A stretch of 63,878 nt of DNA, filler included, from Choristocarpus tenellus KU-1152 (Eukaryota > Protista > Phaeophyceae): assembly GCA_964200185.2 (NCBI GenBank). It is 11 parts of 11 records of this genome, joined end to end, with 100 filler letters (N's around TTAATTAATTAA, not from the genome) between each part and the next. Parts side by side here need not be neighbours in the genome. Positions count along the whole stretch, not along the records: positions 52,993 to 57,147 come from CAXNAD020015940.1; positions 57,248 to 61,182 come from CAXNAD020017053.1; positions 61,283 to 63,878 come from CAXNAD020026423.1; 8 more parts are not named here. One strand, given 5' to 3'. This document shows positions 53,570 through 63,878 of this stretch, one piece after another. The position numbers and the translations under genes are program-made. The notes beneath the pieces are model-generated. The model searched no databases and was not told where the DNA came from. It was given only the letters and a program-made list of their open reading frames with translations. How positions within the stretch are numbered: the stretch's first letter is position 1; every line of letters starts with the position of its first letter.

Positions 53570-54390
53570 GGAATCCAGTAGAATGTGAGAGACAGACACA
53601 CACAATACAATGTACATGACATCGTATCAATATACAATATGCCACGAGGATGTTGTCTTATAATATTTATCTATTGACCTCCGTGTTGAATTAATTTGTA
53701 TGCGCTTTCACGCTTCATCACGCAAACAAATCCGGCTCCAGGAAAACGAGTGAAAAAACTACCAAAACGACATATGCACACAAAGTAGGGAAGTAAAAAT
53801 GCACCGGTACGATATCCAATTGGAAACTTTTCGTTCCAGAACCAAACCTTCCCGCCTGGAAAAGAGTATCCTTGTGTGTCAAACCTACGAGTGTAAAATC
53901 TTCTGTGTTGATCTAAACCCATGAAGTACCAAACATTAACCCGTCATCAGTCCCCCCACAACAGGCTGATGGACATAAAATATCCAGACACACAACCTCT
54001 AAAAATTCAGGGGGCACAAGAGGACACACCCTCCGTACAAGACTTAGAGTGAGTGGGGATGGACATGATCCCATCGTCGCCCAAATTGCAGTTGATATAA
54101 AGTAAGGGCCAAGGAATCGAGTAGAATGCGAGAGACACACACACGCACACACAAAATCTCGTCAAATGTCATCATCTCAATATATACAATATACGCCATT
54201 GTCTATAATATATCCTATGTACACGTGTCGAATTCAACGAACGCACTTTCACACTTCATCGAACGAACATATCCGGGTTTCAGGGAAATGAGGGGAGAAC
54301 ATGCCGAAATGATTCGCACACAAAGGGAAAGTAAAAAACATTGATCTGAAATCAATTTGGAAACTTCTCACTGCAGCACCAGACCTTTCT
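53570..54390. repeat. Two diverged ~280-bp direct repeats (about 53570-53850 and 54113-54390)
   Basis: Colinear blocks GAATC.AGTAGAATG.GAGAGACA, CTTTCAC.CTTCATC, ATCCGG, GCACACAAAG, TTGGAAACTT in both copies. Confidence 0.8.
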
Positions 54391-54401
54391 ACTCCTACTA
54401 A

Positions 54402-57050
54402 TCAAACGTTGTTGGCCCTTATTGTCCAGAACCAGCTTCCCTGAGTTGCTCCTTGTCGGATGTCATATCTTTCAGACAAAAGTTGGACATTCCGCACCTG
54501 GTCGTCATCCCATCTGACCTCGTAAGGGTAGCTGACTGGCCCTCGTCCATGGTCAGCCACATACCCGTGTTGGTGTCTCGACACAGTGCCTCTCATCCAC
54601 CGCTGTTCATCTCGGAAGTACAATCCCCTGCCCTCAGCACCACGAAGAAGGGTAGTCTCTTCCAGAATGGGAACAACCTCCAACCTAGGTTGTTCGAGGA
54701 TGTACTTTCCCGTTCTTCTCTCATTTTCCATCCGTCTGCGTCGCCTTTCTTTCCGCTCTTTGTGTTAAGCTTTGACTGTTTCGTGCTCCCTGTTCCCCTT
54801 CTCTCTCAGAAGTTGGACGCCCTCCTTGACCTCTTCCTCCAGCATGTGCGGTTGTAGCCCAAGGGGCAAGGACTGGCGTCGATGTTCGGCCTCATATCCC
54901 ACAGAGTACACTCTTTCTTAATCATCAACATCCACATCGTAAACTCTCCCCCTGACGACGACATCACAACAGCCAGGAAGTATGATTTCTGTCCCTCGTC
55001 CAAACTTGCCGTGAGATGTGCCCCCACGCGTTTATTTTATTGAGAAGACAACCGGAGGTGCCCCTAGTGTCTGCCGGTTGGACTCCGCGGCGAATCTCTG
55101 GTATTGACCTGGGAAGATGGTGTAGGTGTTGTCAACCTCATTGTAGGGAAGCTGGAGGAACTCTGGTATGATAATCGCCTGGAGTGGGACAACACGGGGA
55201 TGTGGTTGTGCGTCCTGTTGTAGGAAGTGCACAAATTAGAGTTGGGGGGGAGGGGTTGGAGTTGTTAAAGGGGGGTGCAACTTGGGCAGATGCATTGTTC
55301 AACCGAATATTGAGGGGGTGGCAATGGTAAATCGTTTTGATGGAATATTATTTGTTGGAATGCAGTGTGGCCAAATCCTGCTATTGAGCTATTGTTAGTC
55401 AAATATATTTCATTTGAAAGCAATCGCTCTATGTGGGTGACTCAAAACAGTAGATGTATAAAGAGGTTTATGCTTGAATTTTCTTGACATTCATATCAGT
55501 ATAATGTATTCACCTGGGCAGTTTGTGAGAGACGAACAGTTGGCACTCCATCAACCCTGACGTTGTCAATGACCTTGAAGTCCTCTCTAACGAACACCAC
55601 CTCATCAACAATACCGAACTGGCCGCCGTACTTGAGTGTTCCCTGGCATTCCATTGCACCGTTTCCTTCTGGTGAACAGTGAAGGGAAGGAACCCTAGTC
55701 CACCATAGTCTGATTGCTCTGTTCTCACTATGCACACGTTGCCCACTTCTAGCCTGGTCTTCCTTCTGGAAAGGTGACTCCTAAGGAACATGTCCCCGGG
55801 TGGCCCTTGAGGTGAGAGCCCCAGATTGATCCGCCTCAACACAGGGACGTGTATCACCCGCCACCTGCAGTTTTCAACCTCACCAGCCGTACAACTTGTG
55901 CAGTAGCACGACCTCTCGGTGTAGACCACGGAAGGCAGGCCACCATCCAAACACGGTTGGGTGATAAATCTGTGCATGGACTTGATGCCTGGAATGAGGG
56001 GTATGCGTGGAATGTGTCGTCCAATGCGGTTCACTTCGTGAGGGGGAACATGAACAATAGTCTGCTTCCTGAGCGTGTTTGGCGCGAGAAGCATTGCTCG
56101 TACCTCCCTGTGCTTCATGCCGTCCTTGCCAGCCACACCTGTGCATGGGCAGCTACATGGGTGTGTGAGAATTCAACACTTAATCCAATCTATGATTCAA
56201 TGTTGGTGAATTTTGGAGTAAAATCGAAAGAGAAAATGACGATGACATGAATGGGAAAAGACAGTAGTACTCGAATGTGAATGCTTTACATCAAACAAAC
56301 CAATGGGATTTTGGCCTAGGGTGGAGGGTCCAGACACAGGAGGTTGGTATAGATATTTTACAAGGTACCGACCTTCGCAGCAACAGCATGCGCCGGAGGA
56401 ACCTTGAACTCCTTCCGCAATTGCTCCTCTTCCTCCGGTGTGGGCAACATCAAGCAGAAATCTGTCGAAGAAGCTTTGAGCATCTCCACCAAGGATGATG
56501 TGCCCGGCATCCTTACTCCGTTGCGCTCAAGCAGCCTGGTATTGGACTTAACCACGGCCCCAATCACATCCGACAGGGATTTCCCATGGCACAACGCAAA
56601 GAAATTGTGGGGATTACTGCAATCCCGTGCCTTCCAAAGGCCTGCATGACCCACTCCATCTGCCACCTGTTCTTGAACTGGCTTCCGCATCCATCGATCC
56701 AGATGTGGAGGACCCGCAGTTCTTGTCCATACTCCCGAGACATGGGCTTCAAGAACTTGCTGATGATGAGCTTCTCTAGAACGTGCTGCACAAACTCATT
56801 GTCCTCGCTGATGTCTTAAATTAAGAACACAAAGCTGTGCGCCCATGTCCGTCCCCCCCCGAGGTCTCCCCTCCTGAAGTCCTTCATCCACACGGCAGCT
56901 GGGAACATTGCAGGCAGGAAAAGGTTGAAGAACTCCTGTTGGGTCAAGTCCTGGTGACCCTGTGACTGTATTGGGATTGGGAGTCTCCCACGAGTACAGC
57001 CTGCCCGGCACATAGATGGGCTATGGACTGCTTGTAGTGGCGGGCCTGCC
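54402..57050 (-). mobile_element. Intron-containing DNA transposase pseudogene (DGCxxQxKN / HGKxxxD type, superfamily uncertain) with C-terminal Tudor-like modules
   Basis: LHIWIDGCGSQFKNRW, HNFFALCHGKSLSDVIGAVVKS and SCYCTSC...C; apparent introns ~56140-56367 and ~55215-55513; tail with SYFLAVV...VYDVDVDD and WMRGTV...YEVRWDD; frameshifts and stops. Confidence 0.7.
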
Positions 57051-57279
57051 AACGACTGGTGTTGTGATGCAGGAAGTGTTACAGGCTCCCCTCAATGCTC
57101 ACCTTCCAGGATGTACAACTCAAATCCAACGACCGTAAAACGACACTNNNNNNNNNNNNNNNNNNNNNNNNNNNNNNNNNNNNNNNNNNNNTTAATTAAT
57201 TAANNNNNNNNNNNNNNNNNNNNNNNNNNNNNNNNNNNNNNNNNNNNTTACTTCACCACTATCAAATATTGTACTACAG

Positions 57280-57500
57280 TCGTCCTTATCTTCCCATCTA
57301 CCTATTCCTGTGCCTCTGGGCTATGTATACTATCGTTTTTGTACTGCTCTATATTCGTACTACTGTATATACTGGTACCCTATGTGTACTACTGTACAAC
57401 TCTATGTGTACTACTGTACTACTACTCAATATGTACTACTGTACTACTATGAGTGTTCTGCCGTACTGCTACTCTATAAATTATGTGGCACTTTACTATT
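57280..57500. repeat. Low-complexity (TACTACTG)-like satellite
   Basis: Recurring tactactgtac units. Confidence 0.75.
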
Positions 57501-57874
57501 GTTGTGGTAGGATTGATTACGCAATACAACAATTGGTTCCAATTTCACTAAATCGAGGTAGAATAAAAGAAGATGCAAGCAAGGTGTTCTATTTTTTCAA
57601 GTGTTTTAAGTACAATACTACACAAGCCTAACCTTCCACCATCCATCGGGTTGTTGTCGTTGCAGTTGTGTTGACTCTAACCAACATTTTGCAGACCCTG
57701 GAGGTGTGGGTAATGTGTATGTGTCCCTCCACCACCTTGAATATATTTGCCCGTTGTTGATTTACAGGACTCCATTGCTCTGGTTTTGATGGTCATGAGC
57801 TGTTGGCATTAGCTATATGAGTGATTACCTCTAGGAATGTTGACTAACTTTGAAGTATCACTATCGGTTGATAG

Positions 57875-59994
57875 CGTTGAAGGAGGCGGCGATGGTAGCA
57901 GAGGGAGTGGCGGAGATAATGGAGATTCTTTTACCTGTCGAGAAGCAAATTTGGAGTTTGTTCGTGGTCAATCATCGAGAGATCTTGAGGTGTGTGGGTA
58001 CACGCCAAACATCAGTAGGTTCAGTCTTTGCAAGGGCAGATCCATTCCACAGATCTATGGATACAAGTTCCGTTCTTATTTCTTTGCCTGCGATGTCTAT
58101 GTGTACGTGTTGTACATGAAACGACCCAATGTACCTCTCAGAAGATGCATCAATTTCAGCGCAAGCTGACGACCTCCTTCCTCATGAGTTACGGGCTAGG
58201 GGCAAACAACAATCTCACCATGCGAGAGGAAATTTTTGCTGAGACTAATGATAGGGACTCGTGTCCATCGACACCGACATTGCAGGGGGATATAGATGCA
58301 ACCTTGCCGGAAAGCGTCCAACGCGAGCAGCAGGACAGAGGCAGAGACTGTAGAGAAGACCACAACAATGATGCAAGAAGTATGACTGATACTTTGGTAG
58401 ATGACCCCCCCCCCCTTGATTGGGCGCGATACACCCCTGTTCATCAAAAGTGGTCAAACCTCACCCCTCTTCTGAGAGTTCATAGTTGGGTTTTGCTTGA
58501 TGCAACTCTGAAAAACTCTGTAGTTTAAGCATAAATAATGGCATTGCAACTCCTTAAGCCTACCACCAATGTTGGCCCACAGCTGCGACAATGTAGGGAT
58601 GTCGAAAGTGTGGCAAAAGCTGGAGCAAGAGGTGAAGATGGGTACATCGATAGTGAACAGGAAACCAAGGAGGCTCGGGACTTTGCACCCATCAAAAAGC
58701 TTCTTTTCGGGGATGATCCTCCTGATCGGTTGGACATGTATACTCGGGTGAGGCTGTGTTCGCTCCTTGAAGTTTCACCCAATGTGCCCTGCAAACAATT
58801 GTGGATCTTTGGTATGCACTGTAAGAAATCTGTTTGACTGATAGTAATAATGGAAGCGCCCTTCTCAATGCTAGACTCCCTATGGATTACAAGGTGCTTG
58901 AAGTTGAGTTAGCTCGCTGTGTTACGTATGAGAACTGGATGTGGTGGGGTGCGGATTTCTTGATGTGTTGTCCAATCCAATTTGTTGATCATATTTTTAG
59001 GTAATTCAAAAAGTTACGTTAGTTTCAGAACTCTTTCTGCCTTCTACACCGCTTGTTGTCGCATGTGCACATTTGAGAACATTTAAACTCAGAAGTGAAT
59101 GTGAGACACAAGGACACAAATGGTACGGGATGCGCAACCTCCTGACTTTGTAATTTGCGGGATTTCCAGCAGTACCCTTTCTACGCAGTTTTTTGGTTAG
59201 ACCTTAATGGTGATAATCAGTCATCTTCAACCAGACCACGGCCTATTAGTTTGCTATGGTCCAGGTTGGAAACAGTGATTGGAAGATGAACTGATCCCTG
59301 TCTTGTCATTGGTCAGAATCCTACCTTCAGGCTGCTCTGCAACTCCTTTTCACTGTCTTAGTAAACACTCTCTTCAAGGTCCATGTTCTTGGCTCGATGT
59401 TGCTTCCGTCATACAATTTTTTTTTGTTTATGAAATGATGTGGTGAGGCCTGAGCTTCGACAAAACTTTGTGGTAAACGAAACGTCCTTGCTCTGTCTCC
59501 TAACCTTGTTCTCGAACAAGAGTAGACTCGACAGCTTCGCTCAGGTCTTGCAAAAGAATCAGTCTCGCGGTGGAAACTGTTGTTGTGACCAAGAGTTGGC
59601 AAAAGTTTTATCGCCATGGTGGACTTAGGGTTTAGGTTTGTTGGTTGTTCTTGTGTGTTTATGTGTGTGTGTGTGTGTGTGTTGTCTATTTGATGTCTCG
59701 ACTGTGTTTCAAGGCATACCTCACACCATACTCAATTAGTTCGTAAAAAAGCATTGGTGGAATATTGGGTTCCGTGACGACTTGGAACAGGTTCCTGTTA
59801 GAATTTGCGTGCCCTGCACTCTCTAATTGCTAGGGTCTGCTGCTGGGATTCCAATTGCAGGTAGCCCTCTCAATGCTATTGGCATAATTCAGGGTACTGG
59901 GAGGGACCACTACTATCCTGTTGTCTTGTTTTTTTTATGTTTCTGTTTTGGACATACTCCGCGCAAGTTAGTCGCAGTGATGACAACAACGATA

Positions 59995-60036
<42 letters not shown>

Positions 60037-60894
60037 TAGTGACACACACAACAGGACAATGGGCAGAACTGGAACCAACGTTTCCAAGAAGCACTGAAGC
60101 TGCCGGATAGTCCTCATGAGGATGAAAGATCACGTTTGGCCAAGTGGGAGCGTCTGACAATGATCAATAGGTGGGTGGGTGGGTGATTGGATGGATGGAT
60201 GGATGGGTGGGTGTTCGGATGGATGAGTGGGTGGGTTGGTCGATACATGGATGAATTAATGATTTACTTTTTTGGTGATTGAACAACCCACGCACTAAGT
60301 TGACCCTAACCCTAACCCTAACCCTAACCCTAACCTCAACCCTTAAAACCTAGTCCTGGGAGAAGGTCAAGTGAGAACCCTAACCCTGTTCCCCCTCCTG
60401 TCAAAATGGCTCTGCAAAGTATGGAGGGGACTGGTGGTGTTGTTGACCAGATGCTACGCTAGGCCCTAACCCTAAGTAGATTCTCTTAATTTCTTTTTCT
60501 ATTTGGTGTACTGCTTTGTCGCTCCTGCAATGCATTCTACAGTACCGGCACGTGTATGTGTATATATATGTGTGTATGTGTATATATTTATGTGTATGTG
60601 TATATATGCGTATGTGTATATATGTGTATGTGTGTACTGTAAGCCCTGTTGAGCGCCATCCCTCTACAAGAATTTTTTTTTTATACCGGTTACACGAAAT
60701 GCGATTTTTGTTTTTTCTCCTCCTCTGTGCTGTTGTTACGATCGCGCGTTTTTTGTTTTTTTGTTTTGGGGGTGCGTTCTGCTTGCTGCATGCCACACGT
60801 GCGCGTCGGTTAGGGACTTCGTCTGCACTGCTGTGTCCTACGGAAAAACTATCATCTCGGAGATGTACCTGCCTGACTCCTTGAAGACCATCAA
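57875..60894 (+). CDS. Multi-exon gene with a CLU-domain-like motif; candidate exons 57875-57989, 58142-58452, 58597-58747, 59173-59264, 60814-60894
   Basis: Exon 60814-60894 encodes DFVCTAVSYGKTIISEMYLPDSLKTIK, matching the DFVxxAxxYGKxIISExxLPxxxKTIKP motif of protist CLU-domain proteins; the upstream exons are phase-compatible but less certain. Confidence 0.65.
60302..60345. repeat. Interstitial telomere-like (CCCTAA)n run
   Basis: About 5 perfect copies plus degenerate ones; similar runs at 9321-9345 and 12565-12590. Confidence 0.9.
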
Positions 60895-61035
60895 GTAAGT
60901 AATGAGAGATTTAATAATAGTGATAAAATGATAGTGATGTAGTAAAATAATAATGATACCTGCCTGACTCCTTGAAGACCATCAAGTAAGTAATGAGAGA
61001 TTTAATAATGGTGATAAAATGATAGTGATGTAATA
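60867..61035. repeat. ~90-bp tandem duplication covering the exon 3' half, donor site and intron start
   Basis: TACCTGCCTGACTCCTTGAAGACCATCAAGTAAGTAATGAGAGATTTAATAAT..GTGATAAAATGATAGTGATGTA at 60867 and 60957. Confidence 0.92.
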
Positions 61036-61381
61036 AAATAATAATGATAGAATAATATAATAATTATGCAATAAAATAATAATCGGTAGTGGTAACATAA
61101 TGTAATAAATAAACACAGTGAGAGCATGAATTTGTGTGTTTAGACGGGTTTCTCCCCCACCCACTCCTCCTCCCCCTGTTGTNNNNNNNNNNNNNNNNNN
61201 NNNNNNNNNNNNNNNNNNNNNNNNNNTTAATTAATTAANNNNNNNNNNNNNNNNNNNNNNNNNNNNNNNNNNNNNNNNNNNNCTGCCACGCACATGCAGT
61301 CGCTTTTTAAAGTACAACAAGCTGCTGAGTGTGTCGGGGAGATAGATGATGAAAGATCACAAATAACACTGTGTACATACA

Positions 61382-61943
61382 TCAAACCCACCTCTCCAAG
61401 CTAGAGGATGCTCTTGCGTTAGATGTACCTTTGCAAGCGTTGATGACATGATTGGATATTCCGAACAATGCCTTGAAAAACTGCGTACAAACGGGAATGC
61501 CGGCCGTGAGCATAGATCCGCCTCCAGGCCCCAACTTAATGACAGGTACACGGTCAACAACGAAGTGCTTGCGATCGCGGCGGTTCTCACACGCCCGGAT
61601 GATGTCCTGCTCTTTGGCCAACGTGCGGGCAAGGAAGGACTCGCTATCTGCCGTGAACTTCTTCACACAGGCTAAGCGCTTGCAGCAGTCACCCTGTTCG
61701 TTGACTGGGGTGGGTTCAGCCAGCCCATTCTTGGCGAAACTTGGCGCCGGTCGCTGAAGTGTCATTGGTAGAAAGCTCCAGCGCATCATTGTTGGCGGGC
61801 TGATGAGGGGGCAACACAGGGGGCGGCACAGGTGACAAAAGCCACCCCCTTGCTATGGGAGCAACTGTCATGGTGTTTTCGGGGAACAGGCGGTCTTGAG
61901 CAGTGAGAAGGTCTAGGAGTGAATTGAATTTGAAGCCGGGCAT
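61382..61943 (-). mobile_element. N-terminal part of a Sola-like DNA transposase, truncated by the contig end
   Basis: DCCKRLACVKKF...IPVCTQFFKALFGISNHVI matches the Cys-rich CC..C..F / VCxxFFxxxxGIS N-terminal motif of Sola-type transposases; the catalytic domain is not in the window. Confidence 0.55.
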
Positions 61944-61949
61944 ATGATG

Positions 61950-62950
61950 TTTGAGTTTGGAGAGACCCGTCGGACCAAAATGAAATCTGTGTTCTGGAAA
62001 ACGCGTTTATTCTAGCTGTGATGAAATCTAAACTAGATTCTAATCTGGCCTCAGACAACAGTCGGTCTTGGGCATGATTGAATTAAATTCGAAGCTGGGC
62101 GTATGAACGATGTTTGAGCCTCGGGCGGTCTGCTGGACCACCCTGAGATCCATGAACTGGAAAATACCTGCATTATGATTTTTTGGAAATAAAATTGGAT
62201 TATATTCGTAATTTCAGTTTATAAAAATACAAAGCATATACTTAATTGATCTTGTACGTTTCCAATGTTCCGACACTAAAAGGTAAAAAAAAACTGACAC
62301 CCTCTAATTGTTTCAAGTACAAAATCTTACATTGTTTGACGTTTGTATTAAAAAAAATACAATTGTCGACAAAGAGTGGGTTTTGAGTTTCGGGTGATCC
62401 GTCGGACCACCCGAAACCCTTGAACCGTTGAACACGTGCATTAGGTCTTTTTAGAATTTGTAAATCCGATTATATCCGTACTTACAATTTACAAAAATAC
62501 AAAGCACATACTTTATTGGTCTTACACATTTCCAATGTTCCGAAACTAAAAGGTCACAAAAACTGGTACCCTACAACTTTTTAAAATACTAAATTCGCTT
62601 TTGGTCGATATTTGTATTTTTCAAAAAACAATTGTCAACGGAAAGAGAACTTTGAGTTTCAAGTGAACCGTCGGACCAGCCTGAAATCCATGTTCTGGAA
62701 AATACGTGTATTCTGGTTTTTATGAAATAAAAATTAGATTCTATTCTTAATATTAACAAATAAAAATACAACTACATACTTCATTGATCTAATACGTTAG
62801 AAATGTTCCGAAATGAAAAGGCCACAAAAAACTGATACTCTCTATTTGTTTTAAATATGAAATCGTATACTGTTAGATATTCATATTTATTAGAACACAA
62901 TTATCAACTGAAAGAGAAATCTGGTTTCTTTGGGCACCGACCGACCAGAT
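61950..62950. repeat. Diverged ~269-bp tandem array (3 full units plus partial units)
   Basis: TTTGAG...(G/C)TCGGACCA at 62113, 62382 and 62651 (partial ~61950 and ~62920); AATGTTCCGA at ~62264, 62534 and 62802. Confidence 0.9.
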
Positions 62951-63065
62951 GAAATAAAGCAGCACCTCCCCTAGCCCTCACTCCTCATTTCCATTTCTTC
63001 CCTTCCGCACATACCACCAGCAGCTCTTTCTTATCTATCTCCGTCACACCTTCCCAATCTTCGCC

Positions 63066-63511
63066 ATGTCCAACATTTGCTCAACAATGACCCCCCCGCG
63101 CGCCAATGGCGCTGCCCACGGGTCGAGAGCGCGTACAGCAATGCCAAGGGCATGTCCTCGCTCCTCGAATATCTCTACCTCGGCTTGTACAAGATGAAAC
63201 TCGGCAACATCACGTGCACGGAAATGGTGCGTCCCCTGAGCGAGTGTGGCCTTGCGCACGTCAACAAGTCTATCCGTGAAAAAGGCTGGCTCGAGCAGTT
63301 TGCTCTGTCCATCGTCATCCAATGAGACTGCTTAGGCAACGGGGACCAACTCGCCGCCAACACTGTGTTTGCCGTTCAAGGACGCACACTGGACGGAAAC
63401 CATAGAATAACGGTGTTGAAGAGAGAGTTTGATCCCGAAGGGTTTTTTATGATGCGGGTCTACATGGAGTTGAACCTAGCAGTAGAGAGGCTAATTGCCA
63501 ACGGTGGGTGA
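63066..63511 (+). pseudogene. ParB/sulfiredoxin-like domain reading frame with one in-frame TGA (63323-63325)
   Basis: MVRPLSECGLAHVNKSIREKGWLEQFALSIVIQ*DCLG...GRTLDGNHRITVLKREF...MRVYMELNLAVERLIAN follows the ParB N-terminal pattern R...SIxxxG...DGxHR...; possible GT donor after 63503. Confidence 0.7.
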
Positions 63512-63878
63512 TGGAGTGTTGTCGTTGTTCCATGATCGCCTGATGACTCTTCTGATCTACCAAGTTGCTGCCGTGTTTCCTTTGTTTGGTTCATTGTTAG
63601 TCAGCCCGTTGTTGATCTTTTCGTTGTTGATCTTTTTTATCCCTCGTGGTCTTTCTGTCAGCAGCAACATATTGCTCACTACTGCCTGCTGCGTGTGTCC
63701 CGCGACCGCTTCCCACCTACCCCTTGCCCCGTTCGCCCACTGCACCGCCACGCTTATAGTATTCAACAAAATCGTGTACATGACGATCAAACGAAATCAT
63801 TGCCGCCCGCCCCACACTGTCCTACTACCACCTTTGGGATGGATTCCCATTAGTAGCGGGGCCCTTCAAAAGTGCCGC

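Noticed and set aside
63323-63325. Selenocysteine recoding of the in-frame TGA
   Set aside because: No evident SECIS or redox motif; a CGA>TGA mutation is the simpler explanation

Overview
Eukaryotic, intron-rich genomic DNA, most likely from a stramenopile alga (brown-alga-like: spliceosomal GT/GC-AG introns, frequent interstitial TTAGGG runs, a flagellar gene). The window is 11 contigs joined by artificial 100-nt N-TTAATTAATTAA-N linkers, so adjacency across linkers is not evidence of linkage. Spliced genes reconstructed by hand: the 5' part of eIF3a (-, with a GC-AG intron), a divergent TFIIS-N-terminal-domain gene (+), Enhancer of polycomb/EPL1 (-), CFAP73/CCDC42-like (-), a complete 4-exon 431-aa protein with three novel WHxxNTR repeats fused to an aerolysin/natterin-like beta-pore-forming domain (+), the 3' end of Ku80 (+), and a CLU-domain-like gene (+). 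The rest is rich in decayed mobile DNA: Ty3/gypsy remnants, a plant-type (DD39D-like) mariner, a spliced DDD/E transposase relic with C-terminal Tudor-like domains, a Sola-like transposase N-terminus, several MITE families and minisatellites. The two most unusual signals are (i) the aerolysin-like protein with an unrecognised tri-repeat N-terminus and (ii) a ParB/Srx-like (LDGNHR) reading frame facing away from a Sola-like transposase across a ~269-bp tandem array. All family assignments come from recalled motifs, not database searches.
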